Shown here: piece by piece, positions 50,098 to 59,037 of the stretch
Layout of the letters: each line of letters begins with the position of its first letter
How positions within the stretch are numbered: the first letter of the stretch is position 1
Source of the DNA: Candidatus Latescibacterota bacterium
Lineage (GTDB): Bacteria > Latescibacterota > UBA2968 > SICM01
Direction of reading: 5' to 3'
Assembly (NCBI GenBank): GCA_965217865.1
Contig: CBDCJO010000002.1
Span: 3,360,001 to 3,424,000, forward strand
Length of the DNA stretch: 64,000 bases
Program-made: the position numbers and the translations under genes
The notes under the pieces: generated by a model
What the model was told of the DNA's origin: nothing
Databases searched by the model: none
The model's input: only the letters and a program-made list of their open reading frames with translations

Positions 50098-50235
50098 GCT
50101 CCATGGAAAATTTGTGTTGATTTCGAAGGGAGAAGCCCGGCTTCTCCCCTTTTTTTTCCCGATTACCGCTATCGGACTCGGGGTCGGTATCGGGTAGATT
50201 TTTCAATTGGGCGGAAAAAGTACCCTCCAGGTAGG

Positions 50236-50377
50236 GGTGATGTCCGTCACAACCCCGAATAATGGGGTGACATCCGCCCGGTTTTGGTCGGAGGGGTCTA
50301 TGACCTGGCTCACAAGACGGTGCCATGCGTGTGATGAGGGTCACTGCCTTTCAGATGATCGTGTGATGAGAGTCACG
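50236..50377. promoter_or_regulatory. Phased array of CRP/FNR-like TGTGA-N6-TCACA boxes
   Basis: GGTGA-tgtccg-TCACA at 50236, half site at 50266, TATGA-cctggc-TCACA at 50299, TGTGA-tgaggg-TCACT at 50330, TGTGA-tgagag-TCACG at 50362. Confidence 0.7.
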
Positions 50378-50389
50378 TTCCTTAAACCC

Positions 50390-50404
50390 TGGCATTAAAA
50401 TTGC
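50390..50404 (+). promoter_or_regulatory. Sigma54 (-24/-12) promoter of pilin locus
   Basis: TGGCATTAAAATTGC has GG-N10-GC spacing, about 105 bp upstream of the first pilin ATG. Confidence 0.75.
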
Positions 50405-50510
50405 GGAATCCAGTCAGAAGAGAGGCCACAAGTTACTTGCCCGATTGATTTAAGGTTGACAAGCCCTAGCGTGGTCTCTATATTACTAAGCGCCTCATGG
50501 AGGACTGAAC

Positions 50511-50891
50511 ATGGGTCAGACGCAAGTCCTGTTGATTGTTCTGGTGGTTATTATTGTCGGTATTTCGCTGAGTACCGGGATCACCATGTTCGGCCAGAGC
50601 GCCACGGCATCCAACAGAGATGCGGTCGTTCACGATTGTCAGACCATTGCTTCGTACGCACAGCAGTATTATAAGAAACCTTCAGAGATGGGCGGGGGTG
50701 CGCGCACCTTCACCGGACTGACTCTGGCCAAGTTGAACTGGCCCTCTCCGAATGACAATGGGAGCTATACCTTAACCGTCACCGATCCTCAGAATATCTC
50801 GATCGGGGGCACAGGTGTGGAGTCAGGGGTATCCTGCACCTTGCCCGTGAATGGGACCACGGGCATCGGGGCGCCTACCATAACGCCATAA
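50511..50891 (+). CDS. Type IV pilin-like protein 1 (MG-QTQ N-terminus)
   Basis: 126 aa; hydrophobic N-terminal helix, two Cys; heads a pilC-pilB-pilT cluster. Confidence 0.8.
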   Translation: MGQTQVLLIVLVVIIVGISLSTGITMFGQSATASNRDAVVHDCQTIASYAQQYYKKPSEMGGGARTFTGLTLAKLNWPSPNDNGSYTLTVTDPQNISIGGTGVESGVSCTLPVNGTTGIGAPTITP

Positions 50892-51026
50892 AAATATAGA
50901 TTGGGGATCCGACATAAACAAACTGCACACTTGAGGAGGTGATCCACAGGTCTCTGGGTCGGTTGTTAGATTGCCAGTCGGTATTACAACCCTTTGGTTT
51001 TAGCGTTTTTCCAAGGAGGCAGTAAA

Positions 51027-51407
51027 ATGGGACAAACCCAAATCCTGATGATCGTGCTCGCGGTCATTATCGTTGGCATCGCCGTCGCGGCGGGTATCAC
51101 GATGTTTTCCCAGAGTGCTGTGACGGCCAACCGGGACGCCGTGGTTTTAGATTGCAACTCGATCGCATCGATGTCCATGCAATACTATAAGAAGCCCACC
51201 GAAATGGGGGGGGGAAACCGCACCTTCACAGGATTGACGCTGGCCAAGCTGAATTTCGCTGCCAGTAACAACAATGGAGGCTACACCCTGACCGTGACAG
51301 ACGCCCAGAACATCTCCATCGTCGGGACTGGGGTGGAAACCGGGGTCTCCTGCACGACGCCGGTCAACGGCACCACGGGCATCGGGACGCCCACGATCAC
51401 CCCGTAA
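51027..51407 (+). CDS. Type IV pilin-like protein 2 (paralog)
   Basis: 126 aa from ATG 51027 with AAGGAGG RBS; 96 of 126 residues identical to pilin 1 by manual alignment. Confidence 0.82.
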   Translation: MGQTQILMIVLAVIIVGIAVAAGITMFSQSAVTANRDAVVLDCNSIASMSMQYYKKPTEMGGGNRTFTGLTLAKLNFAASNNNGGYTLTVTDAQNISIVGTGVETGVSCTTPVNGTTGIGTPTITP

Positions 51408-51440
51408 CTCGGGTTTCAAGGCTCGCATGTGCATCAACGA

Positions 51441-51470
51441 AGGGCAGGTCTTCACGGGAGGGCCTGCCCT
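51441..51470 (+). terminator. Stem-loop after the pilin genes
   Basis: AGGGCAGGTC...GGCCTGCCCT hairpin with a weak T-tract. Confidence 0.6.
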
Positions 51471-51612
51471 GAAATTTAAGATAATCGAGGGTCGCTAACG
51501 GCGATTTACGACTGTTTCAACTTGCCGCTAGGTCTAACATATTATTTTTATACGAAATCGCAGGTTACGGTTATGTTTTGGGCTCGGGACTTTTGGACTG
51601 TGACTTTTAAGG

Positions 51613-52963
51613 ATGGGATTCATGCCTGACTTTCGATATCAGGCCGCAAGCGTCAGTGGGGGAATCGTCCAGGGGACGTTGAGCGCATCCAACACGCGGG
51701 AGGCCAAGCGAAGCGTCGAGGATATCTGCGTTAAACGCCGGATGCGCCTGACCAGCCTTCAGAAGCGGTCCACCTTCATCTACAAGGCCCGGCGAGGAAA
51801 CGAAAAGACCTTCAAGGGAGAGCAGAAGGCCTTTTCCAAGGAGGAGGTGGAAAACGCCCTCCGAAAGCTCAACTACCAGGTCCTGAGGGTCCAGAAGAAG
51901 CTGTTTGATTTCAAGCTAAAGCCTCCCACGAAGGATATCGTCCTCTTCACCCGTATATCCGCTGATTTGCTCCGGGAGCGGCTGCCTTACGATGAGATTC
52001 TCCAGCTTCTGGCCAATGATACCGAGAACAAGACCCTTGCGGATACCATCAGGGAGATCCATCAGGATCTCAAAGACGGGAAGGACGGGAAGGCGGTATT
52101 CGGAAAACACACAGATGTTCTTGGAAGATTCACGACCTACATGCTGAGCGTGGCGTCCTCCAGCGGGAATATGGCGGAGGTCTACGAGAGTACGGCCAAG
52201 TTCCTGGAGCGCGACGAGGAGTTCAAGAAGAGCCTCAAGAGCGCTTTGATCATGCCCGCGGTGATCGTCTTCGCCCTGTTGGCGGCGGTCGCTTACTATG
52301 TGGGCTACATCTTCCCGGCAACTGCGGAGATGTTCTTGAAGTTCGGGGTGGACCTCCCCCCGATGACCGCTGCGACGCTCGAGTTCAGCAAATTTCTCAC
52401 AGGAAATGCGATCTGGCTCTTTCCCGCTTGCATCGCCCCGATGGTCCTGCTGGTCGCCTTTTTCACGCGGACTCAGAAGGGGAGGTTGATCCGGGACCGG
52501 TATAATAAAGGTGCCGGTGGTGGGCTCTTTGCTCCACAAGACCAGCATCGAGATCTTTGGGAGGGTTTTCTACGCCCTCTATTCGGGTTCGGGGGAGAAC
52601 ATCACCGTCATTCGAATCGGGGCAGAGGCCTGCCGGAACACCTACATGGAGCAGCAGATCAAGGAGGTGGCCATCCCGATGATGCTCAAGGAGGGAAAGG
52701 GGCTGATCGAGTCGCTGGAGGCGGCCGGGGTGTTCACCCAGAACGCCATCTCCCGACTCCGGGCGGGGGCGGAGTCGGGGGCCCTGCGCACGACCGCCCT
52801 TCAGCTGGCCAACTACTATGAACGAGAAACCACCTATAAGATGAAAAACGTTGTGGAACTGATAAACGTCATTATCTCGCTGTTGATCATGGTCGTCATG
52901 ACCGCACTGACGCTTGTCTCCTCGGAGACGGCGGTGATCACGCCGCCGCCGCCCACAATGTAA
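51613..52963 (+). CDS. pilC: PilC/GspF platform protein, frameshifted near 52503
   Basis: Two T2SSF-like halves (I..DLKDG....VF.KH..V, SGNMAEV; KVPVVGSLL, GAESGAL....QLANYYE) in different frames. Confidence 0.88.
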
Positions 52964-52982
52964 GCCTCCGGGAAATGGAACC

Positions 52983-54758
52983 ATGGCTGAGCTCAAGAAC
53001 CGGATCGGGGAGATCCTCCTGAACAAAGGGATTATCACCCCCGAGGAGGAACGGAAGGCGGCGGAAATTCAGCTCCGCAATCCCGACCGGAAGTTCGGTG
53101 AGATCCTCGTGATGGATCTTGATGTGGACCATCACGCCGTCTTCGGGGAGCTTGCCCGCCTGTACGCCTTCAGGGAAATGGATATCAAGATCGGGGAGGT
53201 GGATGAGGATCGGGTGAAATTTATCAAGGACATTTTCGAAGGTCTCCCTGATGAGGTGCGGGACGAGGCGATCTCCCGACAGGCGCTTCCGTTTAAACCC
53301 GTTGAGGGACAACGGGATGTGCTGATCGTGGTGACTCCCGATCCGACGGATCGGGGGGTTGCGAGCGTGGCCATGCGGTTCGGCTATCGTCGCCCGGAGA
53401 TCTTTTATGCCCGGCTTGATGCCGTTGATGAGCTCCTCAGACGTGTGGCCCCCCCCAAGAACGACCTGCTCGATTTCATAGAGCAGGCCGGCCAGGCCAC
53501 GGAGGTCATCGAGCCCCTGGAAGAGGAGATCGATGAAGAGGCCATCGAGGCCGAGATCAAACAGGGGACGCTTGGGAAGCTTATCGAGGGATGCCTGATC
53601 GAGGGGGTTCGACAGGGTGTCAGCGATATCCATATCGTCCCCCAGGAAGGAAACAGAACGGAGTTCCACTTTCGCGTAGATGGAAATCTCAAGGTATGGT
53701 ACACCCACGAGGGCATGAAACCGGAGGCGGTGTCCGCGGTGGTGAAGGACCGATCGAAGAACGTGGATCGGTTTGAGAGGGACAGCGCGCAGGACGGGTT
53801 CATTCAGCGGGAGATCGACGGCCACAAGATCCGATTCCGGGTGTCGATCATTCCGATGGTGGGTAGCGAATTCGAGCGGAAACTGGAAAGCACGGTCATC
53901 CGGATCCTGGATGACCGGAACGTCGTGACGGATCTCCGGAAATTGGGCCTCCAGCCCAAGGCGATGGAGGACTTCGAGAAAGCGATCACCCGGCCCCAGG
54001 GGATCGTGATCCTGACCGGTCCGACGGGGAGCGGGAAGACGACTACCCTGAACGCCGCGCTCTACTACGTGATCGATCCGACGATAAACGTCCTGACGAT
54101 CGAGGGTCCGGTGGAGTACATCATCCGGGGGGCGCGGCAGCTCAAAATCAGCGACCGCATGACGTTCGACGATGCCCTTCGTGCGATCCTCAGGCACGAC
54201 CCGGACGTCGTCCTCGTCGGGGAGATCCGGGACCTCAAGACGGCCGAGACCGCGATAAAGATGGCAAACACCGGGCACCTGACTTTCGCCAGCCTGCACA
54301 CGAACGACGCGCCGAGCGCGGTCTCGCGGCTCTACAAGATGGGCGTCGAACCGTTCCTGATCGCGAGCGCGGTCAACATCGTCGTGGCGCAGAGATTAAT
54401 CCGGAGGCTGTGCAACGAATGCAAGCGGCCCGCAAAGGATATCGACAAAGGGCTTTACCTCCAGGCCGGGATGACCGAAGAGGAGATCGCGGAGACTACG
54501 ATTTACGAACCGGTCGGCTGCGACAAGTGCAATGACGGCTATAAGGGAAGGTCCGCGATTCACGAGGCCCTTCTGTTCACGAAGGAGATCCGGCATATCA
54601 TTCTCGAATCCGGCGAGGCCGTGGACGAGGGGGCCATTCAGGCCCAGGCGGTCAAGGACGGCATGCTGACCCTGCGCGGCTCCGGCCTTGCCCGGATCAA
54701 AGAGGGCATCTCCACTATTGAGGAGGTCCTCGGCGCCACGACGGGGGAAGAGGAGTGA
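52983..54758 (+). CDS. pilB: PilB/GspE assembly ATPase
   Basis: SDIHI, QDG, GPTGSGKTTTL, LRHDPDVVLVGEIRD, TGHL..SLHTND, CxxC...CxxC. Confidence 0.95.
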   Translation: MAELKNRIGEILLNKGIITPEEERKAAEIQLRNPDRKFGEILVMDLDVDHHAVFGELARLYAFREMDIKIGEVDEDRVKFIKDIFEGLPDEVRDEAISRQALPFKPVEGQRDVLIVVTPDPTDRGVASVAMRFGYRRPEIFYARLDAVDELLRRVAPPKNDLLDFIEQAGQATEVIEPLEEEIDEEAIEAEIKQGTLGKLIEGCLIEGVRQGVSDIHIVPQEGNRTEFHFRVDGNLKVWYTHEGMKPEAVSAVVKDRSKNVDRFERDSAQDGFIQREIDGHKIRFRVSIIPMVGSEFERKLESTVIRILDDRNVVTDLRKLGLQPKAMEDFEKAITRPQGIVILTGPTGSGKTTTLNAALYYVIDPTINVLTIEGPVEYIIRGARQLKISDRMTFDDALRAILRHDPDVVLVGEIRDLKTAETAIKMANTGHLTFASLHTNDAPSAVSRLYKMGVEPFLIASAVNIVVAQRLIRRLCNECKRPAKDIDKGLYLQAGMTEEEIAETTIYEPVGCDKCNDGYKGRSAIHEALLFTKEIRHIILESGEAVDEGAIQAQAVKDGMLTLRGSGLARIKEGISTIEEVLGATTGEEE

Positions 54759-54765
54759 AAAGAAA

Positions 54766-54822
54766 AGCAGAATATAGAATACAGGAGATATTCAAATTCC
54801 TCGGATTCTGTATTCTGTATTC
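54766..54822. repeat. Inverted heptamer hairpin (GAATATA/GAATACA vs TGTATTC)
   Basis: Seen directly between pilB and the next gene. Confidence 0.65.
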
Positions 54823-54854
54823 CGGGGGGGGTGTGCTTCCCCGGGAGGATTGTT

Positions 54855-55238
54855 ATGGGAACAGGCCAGACGCTTCTGGTTCTGGGTGCGGTGGTGATTC
54901 TGTCCACCGTAGCCCTATCGATCAACAACACCCTTTTGAACAACGATCAGATTTCGGTGCAGGCCAACATCACCCTGACCGCGACCTCGGTGTGCCGGTC
55001 TCTTATCGAAGATTATGCGCGTCTCCCGTTCGACTCCCTGGCCGTCGGGACGACACTCCTCAACGTGACCACCCCGATCGCTGCTTTCCCTTGCTCGTTA
55101 TCCGTGGCCTTCGTTCAAGAGAATGTGCCGGACAATCCCGTCATGGGTCCAACGTCCTATAAAAAGGTGAGCGCGATCGCGACGAGTCCCCATCTCAGTT
55201 ACACGATCCAGTTGCACACGGTGATCGCCGACTACTAA
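54855..55238 (+). CDS. Minor pilin-like protein (PilV-like position)
   Basis: MGTGQTLLVLGAVVILS hydrophobic N-terminus; YKKV.V-type strand; GGAGGA RBS. Confidence 0.65.
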   Translation: MGTGQTLLVLGAVVILSTVALSINNTLLNNDQISVQANITLTATSVCRSLIEDYARLPFDSLAVGTTLLNVTTPIAAFPCSLSVAFVQENVPDNPVMGPTSYKKVSAIATSPHLSYTIQLHTVIADY

Positions 55239-55242
55239 AAGC

Positions 55243-55710
55243 ATGCCGAGAGATTTCGACATTCTTCTGAGCGGGTTCTCAGAGCCGGAGCGCAAGGCGT
55301 TCCAACAGATCGGACGGGACAGGGATTTCACGCTTCACAAGATCCTGATACGTGAAGAGGAGGCGGGCAGCAGCATGTTCGTGATCCAGTTGGGAGAGGT
55401 GTCGGTCTGGAGGAAGGCCGTCAAGCTGGCCCGCATGGGTGAGGGGGCGGTGGTCGGCGCCTCGAGCCTGATCGAGCCTCATCCGCGGACCGCCACGGTG
55501 ATGGCGGAGGATTACGTCCGGGCATCGGTATACAGGCGCGAGGATGTGCTCAAATTCTTCAAGGTGCGATCTCCCCGGCTCTTCCAACGGTTCTTCCTGA
55601 ACTCCTTCAGGGCACATATGAACCTTGTCCGGCGGTGCAATGACATCATTCTGGAGATGGAGGGCCGGTTGCGCGAAGAGCTTGCCGTTCAGGATAGGGG
55701 ACAGCGATGA
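55243..55710 (+). CDS. Stand-alone cyclic nucleotide-binding domain protein
   Basis: IREEE.GSSMFVI..GEV.V, GAVVG..SLI...PRTATV.A; no HTH. Confidence 0.85.
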   Translation: MPRDFDILLSGFSEPERKAFQQIGRDRDFTLHKILIREEEAGSSMFVIQLGEVSVWRKAVKLARMGEGAVVGASSLIEPHPRTATVMAEDYVRASVYRREDVLKFFKVRSPRLFQRFFLNSFRAHMNLVRRCNDIILEMEGRLREELAVQDRGQR

Positions 55711-56249
55711 ATGCCTATCTGGATCTGATCTGTTCATTTCTGATCGGGGGGCTCCTCCTCCTGAATGTCCAGCGGATGAACGGGGACCTTGTGACCCGGT
55801 CTTACAATGGGGGAAATGAGTACATCGCCCAGACCAGCGCGGCGACCCTCGCGGAGGTCGTGGAATATGATCTCCAAAAGGTGGGCTACGGTGTGGCCGG
55901 TGCGAAGATCACTTCTGCCGATTCGACAAGCCTTACTTTCTACGCCGACATCGACCGGAACGGGGCGCCGGATTCGATTCGATACATCCTCGGCGGGGTC
56001 CTTCCCCGGACCATGAACCCGTGTGACCGCATGTTCAATCGCCTGGTCAACGCGGAGACTCCCGACAGCATCAGCCTGGGGGTCACGGATTTCCGGTTTA
56101 CTTATTACAATTCCTCGGGGGCGGCCACCAGCACGCTCACCGACATCAAGGGAATTCAGGTGGACATCACGGTGGAAAGCACCGCAGGATACGACACCAC
56201 TTATGCGAAGTCGTTCGTTCGGATCAAGGTCTGGCCGAAGAATCTTTAA
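55707..56249 (+). CDS. Minor pilin-like protein (PilW-like)
   Basis: N-terminal TM, DLQKVGY, LTFYADID..G..DSIRY, V..FRFTYY..G, I.GIQV.ITV. Confidence 0.7.
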   Translation: MNAYLDLICSFLIGGLLLLNVQRMNGDLVTRSYNGGNEYIAQTSAATLAEVVEYDLQKVGYGVAGAKITSADSTSLTFYADIDRNGAPDSIRYILGGVLPRTMNPCDRMFNRLVNAETPDSISLGVTDFRFTYYNSSGAATSTLTDIKGIQVDITVESTAGYDTTYAKSFVRIKVWPKNL

Positions 56250-56272
56250 ATTAGAAATTGTCATCTTGACTT

Positions 56273-57349
56273 ATGGGTAAATATTCTCTCATCGTCGTCG
56301 CGGGTTTCGCATTCACCTACGGCATTATTAACGGTAACCTGAATCGGGGGAACGAACGGTTTGTCGATAATATTGGATCGGATTACAATCGAGCGGTGGC
56401 CGAGTTGGCTGCGCGATCCATGGTCAACCTATCGCTGGGAAAATTAAGGGACAGCACGAGCTGGCGGTCGGGCTATTCAAACCACCCCACCGGCGGGGGG
56501 TTGGGCTGGTCGACGCTTGTCGACAGCACTACGGACACCACGCTGAGCACGGGACAGGTCCGGATCACTGCCGGAGGGTCGAACGGAGAGGCCGCGGATA
56601 CCGTGATCGTGTTGGCCGCACTGCCCGGTCCGGCCGGCATTCCACCAGGCGTGCACGGCGCGATCACGGCGAACTCAACCGTGACGACCCTCGGGAACAT
56701 TGCCATAGACGTTCGCGACCACGACATGAATGGAACGCTGATCCCGGGTCAGGGGTCAAAAGGAATCAGCACCACGCAAACCTACAACCGGGGCGGCAAC
56801 TCGAAGGCGGGGGGCACTTCTTCGGGTACTGATTATGCCCCTTCAAAGCCTGCCGATCCGGCCATCATCGAGGAAAATGCGGCCTATGCTTTTCCCAGCT
56901 CCCCGGACGCCGTGTTCGGTTATTCGGACGGCACACTCAAGGCGATGGCCCAGTCGGGGGAGAACGGGGGCCAGTATGTGACAAATCCTTCGAATCTGAC
57001 TTTTCCCCTCTCCGGTGTGACTTACGTGGAGCTCTCGTCAGGGGGGACCTGGCAGAGCATCGCATTGGGCAGCAGTACGGGTGTTCTCGTGGTGCATAAC
57101 AGCACGGGTGATGCGAGGATCAAAAATATCAACTCAGGGACGTTCAAGGGCCTGCTTATCGCAGACGACATCGACAAGATCCATACGACGATCATCGGAG
57201 CCGCGATCTCCTTGACCACGAGTCCGGCGGGGAACTGCATCGGAAACGGGAGTGGAGAAATCCTCTACAGCAGCGAAGCACTTCAACAGGCGTCCTCGAC
57301 GGCGGCCGGCGGAGGCAGCGGCAGCATAACCGTGTTATCCTGGTGGTAG
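56273..57349 (+). CDS. Large minor pilin-like protein (PilX-like) with Gly/Ser-rich beta-solenoid-like C-terminus
   Basis: N-terminal TM, A..AA.S.V..... helix, G.LVVH, FKGLLIA, terminal LSWW. Confidence 0.65.
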   Translation: MGKYSLIVVAGFAFTYGIINGNLNRGNERFVDNIGSDYNRAVAELAARSMVNLSLGKLRDSTSWRSGYSNHPTGGGLGWSTLVDSTTDTTLSTGQVRITAGGSNGEAADTVIVLAALPGPAGIPPGVHGAITANSTVTTLGNIAIDVRDHDMNGTLIPGQGSKGISTTQTYNRGGNSKAGGTSSGTDYAPSKPADPAIIEENAAYAFPSSPDAVFGYSDGTLKAMAQSGENGGQYVTNPSNLTFPLSGVTYVELSSGGTWQSIALGSSTGVLVVHNSTGDARIKNINSGTFKGLLIADDIDKIHTTIIGAAISLTTSPAGNCIGNGSGEILYSSEALQQASSTAAGGGSGSITVLSWW

Positions 57350-57392
57350 AAGGGATCAATTTCTCAAATTAATGTTCTTCCTGGAGTGAATT

Positions 57393-58604
57393 ATGGAACC
57401 CACCGCCGTTCTTGACAAACTCACCTCACAGATTTCAAAAAACCTCTCCGGTGTGGAGCGGCAGAAGTTCATAGGGGACCTGGTCAATCAGCAACCGAAG
57501 GAGGAGGTCGACGGGTTCAGAGAGGTGATCGATGGCTTTCTCAGGGTGATGGCCACCAAGGGCGCCTCGGATGTCGACATGGGAGGGGAGGGCTCGGGGA
57601 GCCACGTCTGGTATCGGATCTACGGAAAAAAGAAACCGGACGAGAACACAGGACCTTACAATGCGGATCAGATGGATATCCTCCTCCACACCCTTTTGAT
57701 GGAGAGCCAGAGAAACTTCCTGATCGAGCATCGGAATCTGGATTTCTCCTATCACCTGGACGCAGACGGTAAGAGCTACCGCTACCGGGCGGACATGTAT
57801 TTCGACCTGGATCACCTGGCCCTGAACATGCGGTTCATCGACAGCGAGATTCGGCCCTTCAAAAGCATCGAGCTCCATCCGGAGGCCGTGAAGGCCGTGA
57901 CCCTCATCTACGACAGCCAGGGTCTCACCCTCGTCACGGGCATCACCGGCTCCGGAAAGAGCTCGACTCTGGACAGCATCATCGACGCCAACAATCAGAC
58001 GGCCGAAGGGCACATCGTGATCATCGGCTCTCCGATCGAGACGATTCATGAGTCAAAAAAGTGCATCGTCCGCCATCGAGAGGTCGGACGGGACGTGACC
58101 TCCTTCAAAGACGGGGCGATCCAGGCCCTCCGCCAGGACCCCGATATCGTGGTCATCGGAGAGATGCGGGACCCCGAGACGATCCTGACCGGGCTGGAGA
58201 TCACGGACAGCGGCCACAAAGTCTTCTCGACCCTGCACACCGGATCGGCCGTGGAGAGCATCGACCGGATCATCGGGGAGTGCCCCCCGATCGAGCAAAA
58301 CCGGGTCCGGGAACGTTTGGCGGACGTCCTCAAGTGCGCCATCTCTCAGAAGCTCGTTCCGACCCTGGACGGCAAGCGCGCCCTGTGCAAGGAGGTCATG
58401 CTGATGAACTCCTCTGTCCGGGCAGCCATCAAGAACAACAACAGCAGCGAGATCTACCAGATGATGCACGAGGGAAGCGCGGGGGGAATGAATACGATGG
58501 AACAGGACCTCAAGCGCCTGATGGACGGGCGTCGCATCTCTCCGGACACGGCCATGAACGAGGCCAACAACAAGCGGCGTATGGAAGAGTTGTTGAAAGG
58601 ATAA
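57393..58604 (+). CDS. pilT: PilT/PilU-type retraction ATPase
   Basis: GITGSGKSST, HREVG.D..SF....QALRQDPD.VVIGEMRD.ET, GH.VFSTLHT, SQKL.P, GMNTMEQ. Confidence 0.92.
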   Translation: MEPTAVLDKLTSQISKNLSGVERQKFIGDLVNQQPKEEVDGFREVIDGFLRVMATKGASDVDMGGEGSGSHVWYRIYGKKKPDENTGPYNADQMDILLHTLLMESQRNFLIEHRNLDFSYHLDADGKSYRYRADMYFDLDHLALNMRFIDSEIRPFKSIELHPEAVKAVTLIYDSQGLTLVTGITGSGKSSTLDSIIDANNQTAEGHIVIIGSPIETIHESKKCIVRHREVGRDVTSFKDGAIQALRQDPDIVVIGEMRDPETILTGLEITDSGHKVFSTLHTGSAVESIDRIIGECPPIEQNRVRERLADVLKCAISQKLVPTLDGKRALCKEVMLMNSSVRAAIKNNNSSEIYQMMHEGSAGGMNTMEQDLKRLMDGRRISPDTAMNEANNKRRMEELLKG

Positions 58605-58629
58605 TTTCGACCTAAACGTTCGGTGATCT

Positions 58630-59031
58630 ATGGGGCATCGATTCAAAACAACCCTCGTACTATCCCTCCTCGTGTTGTCCTGCTCCTCGAAGGACTCGAG
58701 CACCGGGGTCACCTCGAATGGTGACTACACGCTGATGGTCGTGGTGAATAACCGGAATATCCGCGTGGGGGACAGCATCCCCGTGAATGTCCAGCTCCGG
58801 CGAACGGACAACAGCAACCTCCCTTCCGGTCTGAAGGGAATCATCCTGCTGACGGCCAGCGACAACGGCCTGTTGGCCCAGGGGTCTATCTCCATAGATG
58901 TGGTCGGCAACCGTGTACAGGAAGTTTCGGAAAACATCACGTTTACCGCCTTGAAATCCGGCGTGGCCGAAGTCCGTGCAGCCTTCCAGGACGCCCAGGC
59001 CAAGGTGGATGTGATCATATCGAGTATATAG
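58630..59031 (+). CDS. Small lipoprotein with Ig-like beta fold
   Basis: Lipobox VLSC; beta-rich sequence. Confidence 0.7.
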   Translation: MGHRFKTTLVLSLLVLSCSSKDSSTGVTSNGDYTLMVVVNNRNIRVGDSIPVNVQLRRTDNSNLPSGLKGIILLTASDNGLLAQGSISIDVVGNRVQEVSENITFTALKSGVAEVRAAFQDAQAKVDVIISSI

Positions 59032-59037
59032 AGTCCT

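Noticed and set aside
50934-50946. 16S rRNA gene fragment
   Set aside because: Only 13 nt match and the flanks do not resemble rRNA; treated as an SD-like element instead.
50994-51026. Longer N-terminal leader for pilin 2 from TTG 50994
   Set aside because: A strong AAGGAGG RBS lies inside it, correctly spaced for ATG 51027, and pilin 1 starts at the equivalent Met.
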